NCBI GenBank assembly: GCA_035714205.1
Contig: DASTMJ010000205.1
Coordinates: 1-55,695, forward strand
Length of the DNA: 55,695 bases
Source of the DNA: Flavisolibacter sp.
GTDB taxonomy: Bacteria > Bacteroidota > Bacteroidia > Chitinophagales > Chitinophagaceae
Direction: 5' to 3'
Shown: positions 27,396 to 37,460 of the stretch, piece after piece
Numbering within the stretch: the first letter of the stretch is position 1
Layout of the letters: every line of letters starts with the position of its first letter
Program-made: the position numbers and the translations under genes
The notes under the pieces: generated by a model
Databases searched by the model: none
What the model was told of the DNA's origin: nothing
What the model saw: the letters and a program-made list of their open reading frames with translations, nothing else

Positions 27396-28574
27396 ATGAA
27401 ATCAACTGCATTAAGATTGACTACTGCTTTTACTTTATTATTTGCAGGAATTACCCCCTCTTTACAAGCTCAGGAACGAATAAATGTTGTAACAACTTCT
27501 GTCCCTTTTTTAAGAATTTCTCCAGATGCCCGTGCAGGTGCAATGGGTGAATTGGCGCTGGCCACAAGTCCTGATGCCAGTTCTTCTTATTTTAACCTGG
27601 CTAAGGTGCCATTCAATGAATCAAATGCAGGTGCCAATGTTACCTATACACCCTGGTTAAAAAAATTGGTGAACGATGTTTACCTGGCTTCATTATCCGG
27701 TTATTATAAGTTTGATGAAATGCAGGCTATTTCAGCGTCGCTCCGTTATTTTAATTTAGGAAGCATTCAATTTACAGACTATAATGGCAACCCGTTAAAT
27801 CAATCCAATCCAAGGGAGTTTGGTTTTGACCTGGGATATTCCAGGAAACTTTCAGAGAATACAAGTATCGGTGTAGGCTTGAAATATATTTATTCAAACC
27901 TTGCAGGTGGCTATGCTCCAAGCAGCGGTGTAACCTACAAAGCCGGTACTGCCGTGGCTGGTGACATTGGTTTTTACCACCGCCGGTTGAATGAGGCAGG
28001 ACAAGGATGGGCTTTTGGTTTGGCATTGACCAACCTGGGTTCAAAGATTTCTTATACTGATAATGCTGATCAGAAAGATTTTATCCCGGCCAATTTTGGA
28101 ATTGGTACAACATATACCAAGGTAATTGATGAGAGCAACAAGGTTAGCTTTGGTATCGATCTCAATAAATTGATGGTACCTACACCACCCGTTCCGGCAA
28201 ACCCGCCAACAGCACAGGATACCATTAATTTTAATGAGTACCGTAATAAAAGTGTGTTGGGTAGCTGGTTCAGTTCTTTTGGAGATGCTCCAGGTGGATT
28301 TTCAGAAGAGGTAAAAGAGTTCCAGGTTTCTCTTGGTGCAGAATACTGGTACAACAACCAGTTTGCCTTACGTGCCGGTTATTTTTACGAAGATAAAACA
28401 AAAGGTAACCGCCGTTACTTTACAACAGGTGTGGGAGTTAAATACAATGTATTTGGATTGAACTTTTCGTATTTGATACCTGTGAACAGTGGCGTGAACC
28501 AGAATCCGCTGGCCAATACGCTACGCTTTTCATTGATATTTGACCTTACCGGTGAAGGCGCCGTGGAAGAATAA
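27396..28574 (+). CDS. porV: T9SS outer-membrane shuttle PorV
   Basis: TTSVPFLRISPDARAGAMG, YTPWL, LRAGYFYE..KGNRRYFT, NPLANTLRFSL. Confidence 0.94.
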   Translation: MKSTALRLTTAFTLLFAGITPSLQAQERINVVTTSVPFLRISPDARAGAMGELALATSPDASSSYFNLAKVPFNESNAGANVTYTPWLKKLVNDVYLASLSGYYKFDEMQAISASLRYFNLGSIQFTDYNGNPLNQSNPREFGFDLGYSRKLSENTSIGVGLKYIYSNLAGGYAPSSGVTYKAGTAVAGDIGFYHRRLNEAGQGWAFGLALTNLGSKISYTDNADQKDFIPANFGIGTTYTKVIDESNKVSFGIDLNKLMVPTPPVPANPPTAQDTINFNEYRNKSVLGSWFSSFGDAPGGFSEEVKEFQVSLGAEYWYNNQFALRAGYFYEDKTKGNRRYFTTGVGVKYNVFGLNFSYLIPVNSGVNQNPLANTLRFSLIFDLTGEGAVEE

Positions 28575-28595
28575 ATTATTTATTGGGTAGTTCTG

Positions 28596-28627
28596 AAGCG
28601 ATCCTGTTAACAAGGATCGCTTTTTTT
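28596..28627 (+). terminator. Terminator of porU-porV
   Basis: AAGCGATCCT-gttaaca-AGGATCGCTT-TTTTT. Confidence 0.85.
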
Positions 28628-28655
28628 ATTTTACAGATATTTGCAAAAATTTTTT

Positions 28656-29135
28656 ATGGGCTTACGCATTGGAACGGGAGTAGATTTTCATCAACTGGCA
28701 GAAGGAAGGGAATTTTGGATCGGGGGTGTACTGGTGCCTCATCATAAGGGAGGGTTGGGGCATAGCGATGCTGATGTTTTGCTTCATGCTATTTGTGATG
28801 CGCTGTTAGGTGCTTTGTGTTTGGGCGATATAGGCTTTCATTTTCCTGATACAGACCCGAAGTATAAAAATATTGACAGTAAGATTTTGTTGCAACAGAC
28901 CATGTTGTTGATTCAAAAGGAAGGTTATCGTGTTATTAATATTGACAGCACCATATGCCTGGAGGAGCCGAAGATTAAACCTTATATCCAACTGATGCAG
29001 CAAAGTATTTCTTCCATTGCAGGTATTAGTGTAAAAGATATTTCTATAAAAGCTACTACAACTGAACAAATGGGATTTGTTGGTCGTAAAGAAGGCGTAG
29101 TGGCGTATGCTACTGTTTTATTGGAAACTCTTTAA
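28656..29135 (+). CDS. ispF: 2-C-methyl-D-erythritol 2,4-cyclodiphosphate synthase
   Basis: RIGTGVDFH, GHSDADVLLHAICDALLGA, DIGFHFPDTD, KATTTE. Confidence 0.96.
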   Translation: MGLRIGTGVDFHQLAEGREFWIGGVLVPHHKGGLGHSDADVLLHAICDALLGALCLGDIGFHFPDTDPKYKNIDSKILLQQTMLLIQKEGYRVINIDSTICLEEPKIKPYIQLMQQSISSIAGISVKDISIKATTTEQMGFVGRKEGVVAYATVLLETL

Positions 29136-29170
29136 CATCAATCCTGCCAGCCAAACCTATCTTTGAAACA

Positions 29171-29611
29171 ATGAGCATTGCCGTAAAAATTGTTAACAGT
29201 TCTTCAAATTCACTTCCGGAATATGCAACCGATGGCTCATCAGGACTTGACCTGAGGGCCAATCTTGAAACAGAAATTATGCTTAAACCTCTGGAAAGAA
29301 GTTTAATACCAACAGGCTTGTTTATTGAGCTGCCGCAAGGGTACGAGGCACAGATTCGTCCGCGTAGCGGTCTTGCTGTGAAACAAGGCTTAACCTGTTT
29401 AAATACACCTGGAACTGTGGATAGCGATTACCGTGGGGAAATTAAGATACTGTTGGTAAACCTTTCGGCAGAATCGCAAATCATACATCACGGTGACCGT
29501 ATTGCACAAATGGTAATTCAGAAAGTTGAAAAAATTACCTGGCAACCGGCCGAATCATTAACAGATACCAGCAGGAGTGCTGGTGGTTTTGGATCTACCG
29601 GTAAACATTAA
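29171..29611 (+). CDS. dut: dUTPase
   Basis: GLDL, PRSGLA, GTVDSDYRGE, RIAQ, RSAGGFGSTG. Confidence 0.97.
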   Translation: MSIAVKIVNSSSNSLPEYATDGSSGLDLRANLETEIMLKPLERSLIPTGLFIELPQGYEAQIRPRSGLAVKQGLTCLNTPGTVDSDYRGEIKILLVNLSAESQIIHHGDRIAQMVIQKVEKITWQPAESLTDTSRSAGGFGSTGKH

Positions 29612-29615
29612 TTGA

Positions 29616-30425
29616 ATGATCAGAATTTTAATCATAATAGCGACAGTTGTTTCACTGGCTTCGTGCCGGTCAACAAAAAATATTCAAACAGCTATCAATA
29701 AAAAAGACACGACTTCGGTTGTGTCTATTAATGGCCACCGGAACGATACGATTCAGTTTATAAACAACACGCTTCAAAAAATAGATTTAAACCGCATTGA
29801 CTATAGCACTTTTAACGCAAAGGTTAACATTGATTACAAAGGAGCCGATGGAAAAAAATATGATGTAAATGCAAATGTGCGGATGTACAAGGACAGTGCG
29901 ATCTGGCTTTCGGCAAACGCCATTTTAGGTATTGAGGCGATGAGGGTACTAATCACCAGGGATTCGGTAAAGTTGTTGGATAAATTGAATAAAGTATATA
30001 CTGCCCGCAGTGTAGATTATCTGCAGGACCTGACATCACTGCCACTGGATCTGCCTACTTTACAAGACCTGATTATTGGTAATGCTGTATTTGTTGATTC
30101 CAATATTGTTTCTTTCTCATCGAAAAGCAGTACGATTTCACTTTTAAGTATGGGTACATGGTTTAAAAACCTTATTAGTTTAGATGCTTCAACTTTCAGT
30201 TTGGTACACAGCAAACTTGATGATGTAAATATTGCCCGTAGCCGCACAGCTGAACTTACTTATGAAGATTATGAAACCAAAAAGGGGTTTTTATTTTCCA
30301 CCAAAAGAAGCATTGTGGTAACAGAAAAATCAAAGCTTGATATAAAATTGGATTTTAAACAATACGATCTGAATGAAACTGTAAGTTTCCCGTTTTCCAT
30401 TCCGAAAAATTATGATCGTAATTAA
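29616..30425 (+). CDS. DUF4292 family lipoprotein
   Basis: Lipobox LASC; RMYKDSAIWLS..GIEAMRVLIT; ends FPFSIPKNY; typical position between dut and envC. Confidence 0.82.
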   Translation: MIRILIIIATVVSLASCRSTKNIQTAINKKDTTSVVSINGHRNDTIQFINNTLQKIDLNRIDYSTFNAKVNIDYKGADGKKYDVNANVRMYKDSAIWLSANAILGIEAMRVLITRDSVKLLDKLNKVYTARSVDYLQDLTSLPLDLPTLQDLIIGNAVFVDSNIVSFSSKSSTISLLSMGTWFKNLISLDASTFSLVHSKLDDVNIARSRTAELTYEDYETKKGFLFSTKRSIVVTEKSKLDIKLDFKQYDLNETVSFPFSIPKNYDRN

Positions 30426-30473
30426 AATTTATTTTATTTGAAAACGTTAGATACATTCCTAAAAAGACCAAAC

Positions 30474-31763
30474 ATGCAGAAACTATTGATTGTACTGATC
30501 CTTTCTCTTACCGTTCATACTGCTTTTAGCCAGAATGGCGACAAAGCCAAAATGGAAAGAGAACGGCAGGAAATTCAAAACGAGATCAAAGAGCTACAAT
30601 TAAGTTTAAGCAAGGTCAAAGGTCAGACAAAAGCAAATCTTGCCAAACTCAAAATGCTGGAACGTAAACTTGAGTTGCAAGACAGGCTGGTAGGTAACAT
30701 CAATAAAGAGATCAGGATTATATCTGATGATATTTATATCAGTAATGTAGAGATCAACAGGCTGCAAAGGCAATTAGATACTTTAAAAGGCGAATATGCA
30801 AAAAGTGTAGTGTATGCCTACAAGAATAAAAGCAGTTACGATTTTTTAAACTTTATTTTCTCCGCCAGCAGTTTTAATGATGCATTAAAGAGGGTTTCCT
30901 ATTTAAAATCGTATAGATCTTATCGCCAGCAGCAGGTTACCAACATTAAAGAAACCCAAAAGCTGATACAGGAGCGCAGGCAACAGTTGTTAGGTAAACA
31001 AACTCAAAAAAAATCGGCACTGCAAAACCAACAGCAGCAATTACAGGCTTTGGCCTCGCAAAAGAAAGAAAAAGATGCTGTAGTAGCCAAGTTGAAATCG
31101 CAGGAAAAAGACCTGGCCAAACAAATGGCTGCTAAAAGAAAACGAGATAAGGTATTAAAAGGCCAGATTGCGGCTATTGTTCGGCGTGAAATTGAAAAGG
31201 CCAAAAAAGAAGAAGAAGCCCGTATAGCTGCAGCAAAAAAGAAAGATGCTGAAAACCCTAAATCCACCACAGGATCTGCAACGGCATCTGCGCCTAAAAC
31301 AACAACTAAGAAAAAAGAAACCAGTTATCTGGTACTTAATGAAGGACAGGCAAAACTGGCCGCCAGTTTTGAAAGAAACCGTGGAAGTTTGCCCTGGCCT
31401 GTTGATAATGGAGTTGTCTCCATTCCATTTGGTACCAGTAAGATAGATGGTTTATCCATGGATAACCCGGCAATAACCATATCTACCCCTGCAGCAGGCA
31501 TACCAGTAAAAGCTGTATTTGAAGGTGAAGTAAGTGCTGTATCCAATACGGGTGACGGCTGGATGGTTATGATACGCCATGGTAAGTATTTTACGGTGTA
31601 TACCAACTTGTCATCCGTGAGTGTAAGCAAAGGCACAAATGTAAATACCGGTCAAAGCATTGGCCGTGCCGGTTCATCAGATGATGGCGATGGCGGCGAA
31701 CTGGATTTCTATATCATGATCGAATCAAAAAATGTAAACCCGCAACCCTGGTTAAGAAGATAA
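30474..31763 (+). CDS. EnvC-like murein hydrolase activator (coiled coil + degenerate M23)
   Basis: Long coiled coil; RGSLPWPV, VMIRHGKYFTVYTNL, NPQPWL; Zn ligands absent. Confidence 0.85.
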   Translation: MQKLLIVLILSLTVHTAFSQNGDKAKMERERQEIQNEIKELQLSLSKVKGQTKANLAKLKMLERKLELQDRLVGNINKEIRIISDDIYISNVEINRLQRQLDTLKGEYAKSVVYAYKNKSSYDFLNFIFSASSFNDALKRVSYLKSYRSYRQQQVTNIKETQKLIQERRQQLLGKQTQKKSALQNQQQQLQALASQKKEKDAVVAKLKSQEKDLAKQMAAKRKRDKVLKGQIAAIVRREIEKAKKEEEARIAAAKKKDAENPKSTTGSATASAPKTTTKKKETSYLVLNEGQAKLAASFERNRGSLPWPVDNGVVSIPFGTSKIDGLSMDNPAITISTPAAGIPVKAVFEGEVSAVSNTGDGWMVMIRHGKYFTVYTNLSSVSVSKGTNVNTGQSIGRAGSSDDGDGGELDFYIMIESKNVNPQPWLRR

Positions 31764-31791
31764 AAGAGCAAAACCCGGAGACAAAATAGAG

Positions 31792-32928
31792 TTACTGAAC
31801 CAAAACCTGGCTCAATACGTCTTCATATAATTTTTCATACAGGGGTACAATATTCTGTATATCGAACGCCTTTGCATGTTGTGCTGCATTGGTTTTGAAT
31901 TCCTGTAGCCTTTCTTCATTTTCCAGGATCTCGAATGCCTGGCGGCTCATGGTTTCTACATCTCCTACATTGCCCATAAAACCATTATAACCCTGTATCA
32001 TAATTTCGGGTAAACCACCTGCGTTGGTTGATACAACAGGTACGCCGGCAGCCATTGCTTCTAATGCTGCCAGTCCAAAACTTTCATATTCCGATGTAAG
32101 AATAAACAGGTCTGCAATTGCTAAAATATCTTCCATTTGTTCCTGCTTTCCAACAAAACGCACTTCGTCGCAAACGCCTAACTGCCGGCATAACTGTTCA
32201 GCAGAAACCCTTTCAGGACCATCACCAACAAATAACAATTTGCTGGGTATGCGTTTGTTTACTTCTGTAAAAATTTGAACTACGTCCTGCACTCTTTTTA
32301 TTCTACGAAAGTTGGAGGCATGTAACAATATCCTTTCGCCACCCGGGGCAATTACTTTTTTGAACGCATCAATCGGCTTACGTGAAAAACGCTGTACGTC
32401 TACAAAGTTGTGAATGACCTCGATGGGTTTTTCAATTTTAAAAGTTTTGAAGGTCTCATCTCTCAGATTTTGCGAAACCGCGGTAATGGCATCACTCTGG
32501 TTGATGGAAAATGCTACAACAGGTGCATAGGTTTTATCTCTTCCCACCAGGGTAATATCGGTGCCATGTAATGTTGTGATCACTGGTATGTGTATACCTT
32601 CCTGCTCCAGTATTTTTTTTGCCATATAGGCTGCCGAAGCGTGGGGTATGGCATAATGTACATGTAGCAACTGCAGCTGGTTATTTTTTATCACATCAAC
32701 CATGGTGCTGGCCAATGCTGTTTCGTAAGGCGGGTAATCAAACAAGGGATAGGTGGGTACCTGAACTTCGTGGTAATAAATATTTGGAATAAAACCATTC
32801 AGCCGCACGGGTTGCTGGTAAGTTATAAAATGTATATGATGACCTTTCTGAGCCAACGCTTTCCCCAGTTCGGTAGCTAAAACACCACTACCACCAAACG
32901 TGGGGTAGCAAACAATTCCAATTCGCAT
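31792..32928 (-). CDS. bshA: N-acetyl-alpha-D-glucosaminyl L-malate synthase
   Basis: CYPTFGGSG, HVHYAIPHA, TTLHGTDITLVG, ESFGLAALEAMA. Confidence 0.95.
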   Translation of the reverse strand: MRIGIVCYPTFGGSGVLATELGKALAQKGHHIHFITYQQPVRLNGFIPNIYYHEVQVPTYPLFDYPPYETALASTMVDVIKNNQLQLLHVHYAIPHASAAYMAKKILEQEGIHIPVITTLHGTDITLVGRDKTYAPVVAFSINQSDAITAVSQNLRDETFKTFKIEKPIEVIHNFVDVQRFSRKPIDAFKKVIAPGGERILLHASNFRRIKRVQDVVQIFTEVNKRIPSKLLFVGDGPERVSAEQLCRQLGVCDEVRFVGKQEQMEDILAIADLFILTSEYESFGLAALEAMAAGVPVVSTNAGGLPEIMIQGYNGFMGNVGDVETMSRQAFEILENEERLQEFKTNAAQHAKAFDIQNIVPLYEKLYEDVLSQVLVQ

Positions 32929-33035
32929 GAGAGCAACTTTAAGGTGACTAAGGTAATTACAAAAAAGGGATCAGTTCCGTTCTTCAAAAGTTAAATAATT
33001 GCTCAGCCAATCATTTTCAACCCTAATTTTAAAGC

Positions 33036-34409
33036 ATGAAGAAATTATTGGTAACACTGTTTTTAGGTTCTATAATAGTAAATGCCAAAGCTCAAAATGA
33101 AGATTCGGCTTTTATAAAACAAATTGCAAATCATATTCTTACTAATGGAAAAGCTTATGATGACCTGAGGGTTCTGACCAAAGAAATTGGTGGCAGGCTC
33201 GCCGGTTCGCCACAAATGGTAAAGGCTGAGCAATGGGGATTAAAAACCATTAAGGAAGCGGGTGCTGACAATGCCTGGTTGCAGGAATGTATGGTACCAC
33301 ATTGGGTAAGGGGTGGAAAAGACGAAGCATCAGCCATGACCATGCAGAACAATAAAAAGCAAACAAAAAAGTTGGATGTGGTGGCATTGGGAAATTCAGT
33401 TGGCTCGATGAAGTTGTTGACAGCACCTGTTATTGTAGTGAACAGTTTTGAAGAACTGGAGCAAAACAAAGATGTAGTAAAAGGGAAGATCGTATTTTAT
33501 AATTATAAGTTCAATCCAACCTTTGTAAAAACCTTCCAGGCTTATGGCGATGCATCACAATACCGGGGAAGTGGTCCAAGCCGTGCAGCAAAATACGGGG
33601 CTGTGGGTGTAATTGTCAGAAGTATGAGTCACAGTACGGATAATAATCCGCATACAGGTTCTACCCGTTACGCTGACTCATTACCAAAAATACCTGCTGT
33701 TGCTATTGGCCTGCAGGATGCTGACTGGTTAAGTAAACAAGCATCGTCCGGTACTGTTAACGTCAGTCTGCATACGCATGGGAAATTTTTACCTGATGCA
33801 AAAGGCCATAATGTAATTGGTGAAATAAGGGGTTCGGAATTCCCCGATGAATTCATAACCGTTGGTGGTCATTTGGACAGCTGGGATAATTGCGAAGGGG
33901 CCCATGATGATGGAGCAGGTTGTGTGCAAACAATCGAGATTCTGCGTACGTTTAAAGCGCTGGGTTATCAACCCAAACGAACGATCCGCTTTGTGCTTTT
34001 TGCCAACGAGGAAAATGGTTTAAGAGGCGGTAACAAATATGCTGAAGAAGCAAAAGCAAAAGGGGAGAAACACTTGTTTGCCCTGGAAAGTGATGCCGGC
34101 GGATTTACTCCACGTGGATTTGGTTTTACTGTTAGTGCTAGCCAGTTTTCAAAAATTTCTGAATGGAAATCATTACTGGCGCCATATGGAGCATCGGATC
34201 TTTCACAGGGCGGTGGTGGCGCTGATATTGGACCACTGAACAGGCAGCTGGGTACAGCTGTAGCTGGTTTACAACCTGATTCACAACGATATTTTGATTA
34301 CCATCATGCCCGTAACGATGTGTTTGAAGCTGTAAATAAAAGAGAATTATTATTAGGTGCCGTAAATATGGCAGCCCTTATTTACCTGGTAGACAAATAT
34401 GGTTTATAA
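33036..34409 (+). CDS. M28 family peptidase (carboxypeptidase Q-like, PA domain)
   Basis: GGHLDSWD, GAHDDGAG, ANEENGL, ESDAG, YFDYHH. Confidence 0.92.
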   Translation: MKKLLVTLFLGSIIVNAKAQNEDSAFIKQIANHILTNGKAYDDLRVLTKEIGGRLAGSPQMVKAEQWGLKTIKEAGADNAWLQECMVPHWVRGGKDEASAMTMQNNKKQTKKLDVVALGNSVGSMKLLTAPVIVVNSFEELEQNKDVVKGKIVFYNYKFNPTFVKTFQAYGDASQYRGSGPSRAAKYGAVGVIVRSMSHSTDNNPHTGSTRYADSLPKIPAVAIGLQDADWLSKQASSGTVNVSLHTHGKFLPDAKGHNVIGEIRGSEFPDEFITVGGHLDSWDNCEGAHDDGAGCVQTIEILRTFKALGYQPKRTIRFVLFANEENGLRGGNKYAEEAKAKGEKHLFALESDAGGFTPRGFGFTVSASQFSKISEWKSLLAPYGASDLSQGGGGADIGPLNRQLGTAVAGLQPDSQRYFDYHHARNDVFEAVNKRELLLGAVNMAALIYLVDKYGL

Positions 34410-34424
34410 TCTTATTCAACATTT

Positions 34425-34838
34425 ATGGAAAAGATCCCTCAGCAGGGTTTGCCTAAAAGAAAATCAAGGGCAAAAAAATTCATAGGTTGTTTTTTCCTGG
34501 TGATACTATTTCTGCTAGCCGGCTTTTTCTATTGGAAGTATTATTTTACCTACAGCAGCGGCAACCGCTATGGTTTGCTCCAGAAGTTCTCTCATAAAGG
34601 CAACCTTTTTAAAACCTATGAAGGGGAAATGATACTAAGCAGCGTAAAAGGAAATTATAATGTTCCTATTGCATCAGAAAAATTTTTCTTTTCGGTTACA
34701 AATGAACAGGTAGCTAACCAACTGATGAACCTACAGGGAAAATTCATCACCGTTCATTATAAAGAAAAAAATGGTGCAATAACATGGCGTGGCGAAACAA
34801 AATATATAGTTGACAGTGTGCGGCTTGAGAGCCAATAG
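34425..34838 (+). CDS. Conserved single-TM hypothetical protein
   Basis: TM helix then YSSGNRYGLLQKFSHKGNLFKTYEGE..WRGETKY. Confidence 0.75.
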   Translation: MEKIPQQGLPKRKSRAKKFIGCFFLVILFLLAGFFYWKYYFTYSSGNRYGLLQKFSHKGNLFKTYEGEMILSSVKGNYNVPIASEKFFFSVTNEQVANQLMNLQGKFITVHYKEKNGAITWRGETKYIVDSVRLESQ

Positions 34839-34871
34839 CCGGCAAATGGAAGTAAGATCGAAAGAAACCGT

Positions 34872-35612
34872 TTATCCTTCCAGGTGAATGGTGAACATGA
34901 TCATCCGGGATTGAATTCCTTCCAGAACACGGCTGTAATTAAGTTTATCGTTCCTGTCGTGCAAATTGTTTAAGCCGTTACTGATCTTTAGTTCAGGAGA
35001 TAATATAAAGCTTGGGAAATAAAAATTAAAACCAACACCAGCTTCTATTCCATAATCAAACCTGTTTATTTTGATCATATCATCGGCCTTTCTTGCTTTT
35101 GCGTTTGAAGCCAGGTCAATATCAAATTTTCCCCCACCCAACATGTATACACGGAAATTGCCGATCCTGTCCGAGTTGAATTTAAAATGCAATGGAAACG
35201 TTGTGATAACTGATTCAACTTTCTTTGTCACAACAAGCGAATTATCATAGGGGTCCGCATGAAGCAATTTGAAATAAAAATTCCGTTCGGTGAACATGAG
35301 CTGCGGGTTGAAACGCAATTCAAAACGGTTTGATAGCTTTAGTGTGGCCAATAAACCCAGGTTAAATCCACCATTATTCAGGGGTTCTGCAACCTGTATA
35401 CTATCCTGCTCTAAAAAACTGGGGTGTAAATGTGTTTTAAAACCGGCTTTGCTAATACCTAATGATATACCAAAATAATAGGGTTTATAATCATGCTCTT
35501 CCTGGTGCAATACCTTTTGAGCAAAGGAGAAGAAGGAAAAAGAAAAGAAAATCACTAAGAACAAGACCCGGGTCTTCAATTTGCTGGCTTTCTTCCACTG
35601 TAAATACAACAT
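34872..35612 (-). CDS. porT: T9SS outer-membrane beta-barrel PorT/SprT
   Basis: Alternating beta-strands, KFNSDRIGNFRVY, GFNFYFPSFILSPELKIS; adjacent to ubiE; start uncertain. Confidence 0.82.
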   Translation of the reverse strand: MLYLQWKKASKLKTRVLFLVIFFSFSFFSFAQKVLHQEEHDYKPYYFGISLGISKAGFKTHLHPSFLEQDSIQVAEPLNNGGFNLGLLATLKLSNRFELRFNPQLMFTERNFYFKLLHADPYDNSLVVTKKVESVITTFPLHFKFNSDRIGNFRVYMLGGGKFDIDLASNAKARKADDMIKINRFDYGIEAGVGFNFYFPSFILSPELKISNGLNNLHDRNDKLNYSRVLEGIQSRMIMFTIHLEG

Positions 35613-36325
35613 ATTCCTAAACTTAGTGGTTTAAATGAGGTAACGGAATAACCTGTTTTTTTTAAAATTTCAATAAATAGCCGGCGATCAGGAAAGGCTT
35701 TTGCCGATTCATTCAAATATTGATACGCTTTTTTATTTTGATTGAACCATTTTGCCATCTGTGGCGCCACTTTACCCATATAAAAATTATAGAGTTGTTT
35801 TATCCCAGGCAATCGGGGTTTGCTAAATTCCAAAACCACCAACTGGGCGCCGGGCTTCAACACTCTAAAGATCTCCTGCAGGCCTTTCTCCAGGTTCTCA
35901 AAATTTCGTACACCAAAGGCCACCATTACGCCATCAAACGTATCATCAGCAAAATTTATTGTTTCACTATCACCGCTGTACAACGTAATTTTCGTTCCAA
36001 GTTCTTGTTTTTCAATCTTATTTCTACCAATTTCCAGCATTTTTTCTGAGATATCAATACCCACAATCTGTTGGGGATGTAGCATTTTAGCCGCTGTAAT
36101 AGCCATGTCGCCGGTGCCGGTAGCTACATCCAGTAAAGTTTGCGGAGCATCTTTCTTAAAATAGGCAATGGCTTTACGTCTCCAGAACTTATCGATACCT
36201 GCGCTTAGAAAGCGGTTCATAAAATCGTAACGGGGAGCAATTACATCAAACATTTCACTGACCTGTTCCTTCTTGGAGCCTTCTTCTTTAAATGGTTTGA
36301 TGCTATCATGCGAGAATTGCGTCAT
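35576..36325 (-). CDS. ubiE: Demethylmenaquinone methyltransferase
   Basis: MFDVIAPRYDFMN, LDVATGTGD, AFGVRNFE, RVLKPGAQLVVLEFS; ATG 36325. Confidence 0.95.
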   Translation of the reverse strand: MTQFSHDSIKPFKEEGSKKEQVSEMFDVIAPRYDFMNRFLSAGIDKFWRRKAIAYFKKDAPQTLLDVATGTGDMAITAAKMLHPQQIVGIDISEKMLEIGRNKIEKQELGTKITLYSGDSETINFADDTFDGVMVAFGVRNFENLEKGLQEIFRVLKPGAQLVVLEFSKPRLPGIKQLYNFYMGKVAPQMAKWFNQNKKAYQYLNESAKAFPDRRLFIEILKKTGYSVTSFKPLSLGICCIYSGRKPAN

Positions 36326-36392
36326 AAGGGTGCAAAGGTAACCGAGGAATGATTGCAATAACCTGATAGTTGAATACTATAATGACCCGGTT

Positions 36393-37397
36393 TTATTTAG
36401 GTTTATATTTCGATCCCTGGAAAATGGTTTTGGCATCGGTTGCTAATACTTGCTGCAATGAAAATTTTGAGTTTTTCCCGGAAAATTGCTTTACTATCTG
36501 CCAGCCCACCCATTGTCCTATATTGCCTGGTGCAAAGCCTTCGGGCATGCCCCTGGTGAAAGGTCCTTCACCAATATAATCCTGTATAATGGCAGGGTCG
36601 ATGGTGTATATATCTGTATTGGCAGTAAAAAAGCCCCATATATTTCCTTCGTTCTCTTTTACCCAATTCAATTGTTTTTGAGTGTAACCTGTTTTCACAC
36701 TATCTGCTGTGTTGGGTAAAAAATGATCCAGCAAATACCATTGTTTTCCTTTTTCAATCATTTGCTCAATTAAGGAGCGGCCTGCACTGCTGTCCGGGTA
36801 AATATCATCTGCAATAGCTTTCAGGCTGTTAGCAGCTATATATTCTTTGTCAAATCTTCTGGAGATATATTCAGGATACATCTCCTGAATTTGTTGGTCC
36901 CTGTAAACCGAAAAATTCTTTCCTGCATACTGGTGCAATCCAATGCCCAGGTGCTGCGGGGTAAGCACCACACCCGGTGCATCAAATGTTCCTATAAAGG
37001 TGATGACATTAGGAATTTTGTACGAAGGATAATAATATTTCACATGCTTAAATCCGGTTTCCAATTCATCTTTCAACCAGTTCAGGCTGGAATATTTTTT
37101 TTCAATGGAATCGTGTATAGGAGCATAGCCGGCTAAAATTTGTTTTAAGATGGGATAACTTTCCGGTGTTGGGGGCAACCTTAATACCTGTTGCATATAA
37201 AAGGGAAAGAAAGTTGGAAACCGGTTGTTTAATGAGGTCAGGCTTTTATCTATTGAATTGGTATCGATATTGAAGAAGCTTTCTTCCAAACGTTCCAGTT
37301 TAAAATCAACTTTTATGTTTGATACATCCGGACCTGTGTTTTCATTGCTACAGGAAAAAAACAAAACAACGGGAATAAGTGCTTTTAATAATCGCAT
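36393..37397 (-). CDS. gldB: Gliding motility lipoprotein GldB
   Basis: Lipobox FFSC; LIEQMIEKGK, WVKENEGNIW, PFT..PGNIGQWVGWQIV, SKYKPK; next to nadE. Confidence 0.85.
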   Translation of the reverse strand: MRLLKALIPVVLFFSCSNENTGPDVSNIKVDFKLERLEESFFNIDTNSIDKSLTSLNNRFPTFFPFYMQQVLRLPPTPESYPILKQILAGYAPIHDSIEKKYSSLNWLKDELETGFKHVKYYYPSYKIPNVITFIGTFDAPGVVLTPQHLGIGLHQYAGKNFSVYRDQQIQEMYPEYISRRFDKEYIAANSLKAIADDIYPDSSAGRSLIEQMIEKGKQWYLLDHFLPNTADSVKTGYTQKQLNWVKENEGNIWGFFTANTDIYTIDPAIIQDYIGEGPFTRGMPEGFAPGNIGQWVGWQIVKQFSGKNSKFSLQQVLATDAKTIFQGSKYKPK

Positions 37398-37460
37398 GGC
37401 GGTTAAAACGACTGATTTAATATTTTATTACAGAACTTTGAAATTGAATAATTAACGAAG

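Noticed and set aside
34425-34838. Possible dehydrogenase label recalled for this protein family
   Set aside because: No Rossmann GxGxxG motif and far too short; kept as hypothetical
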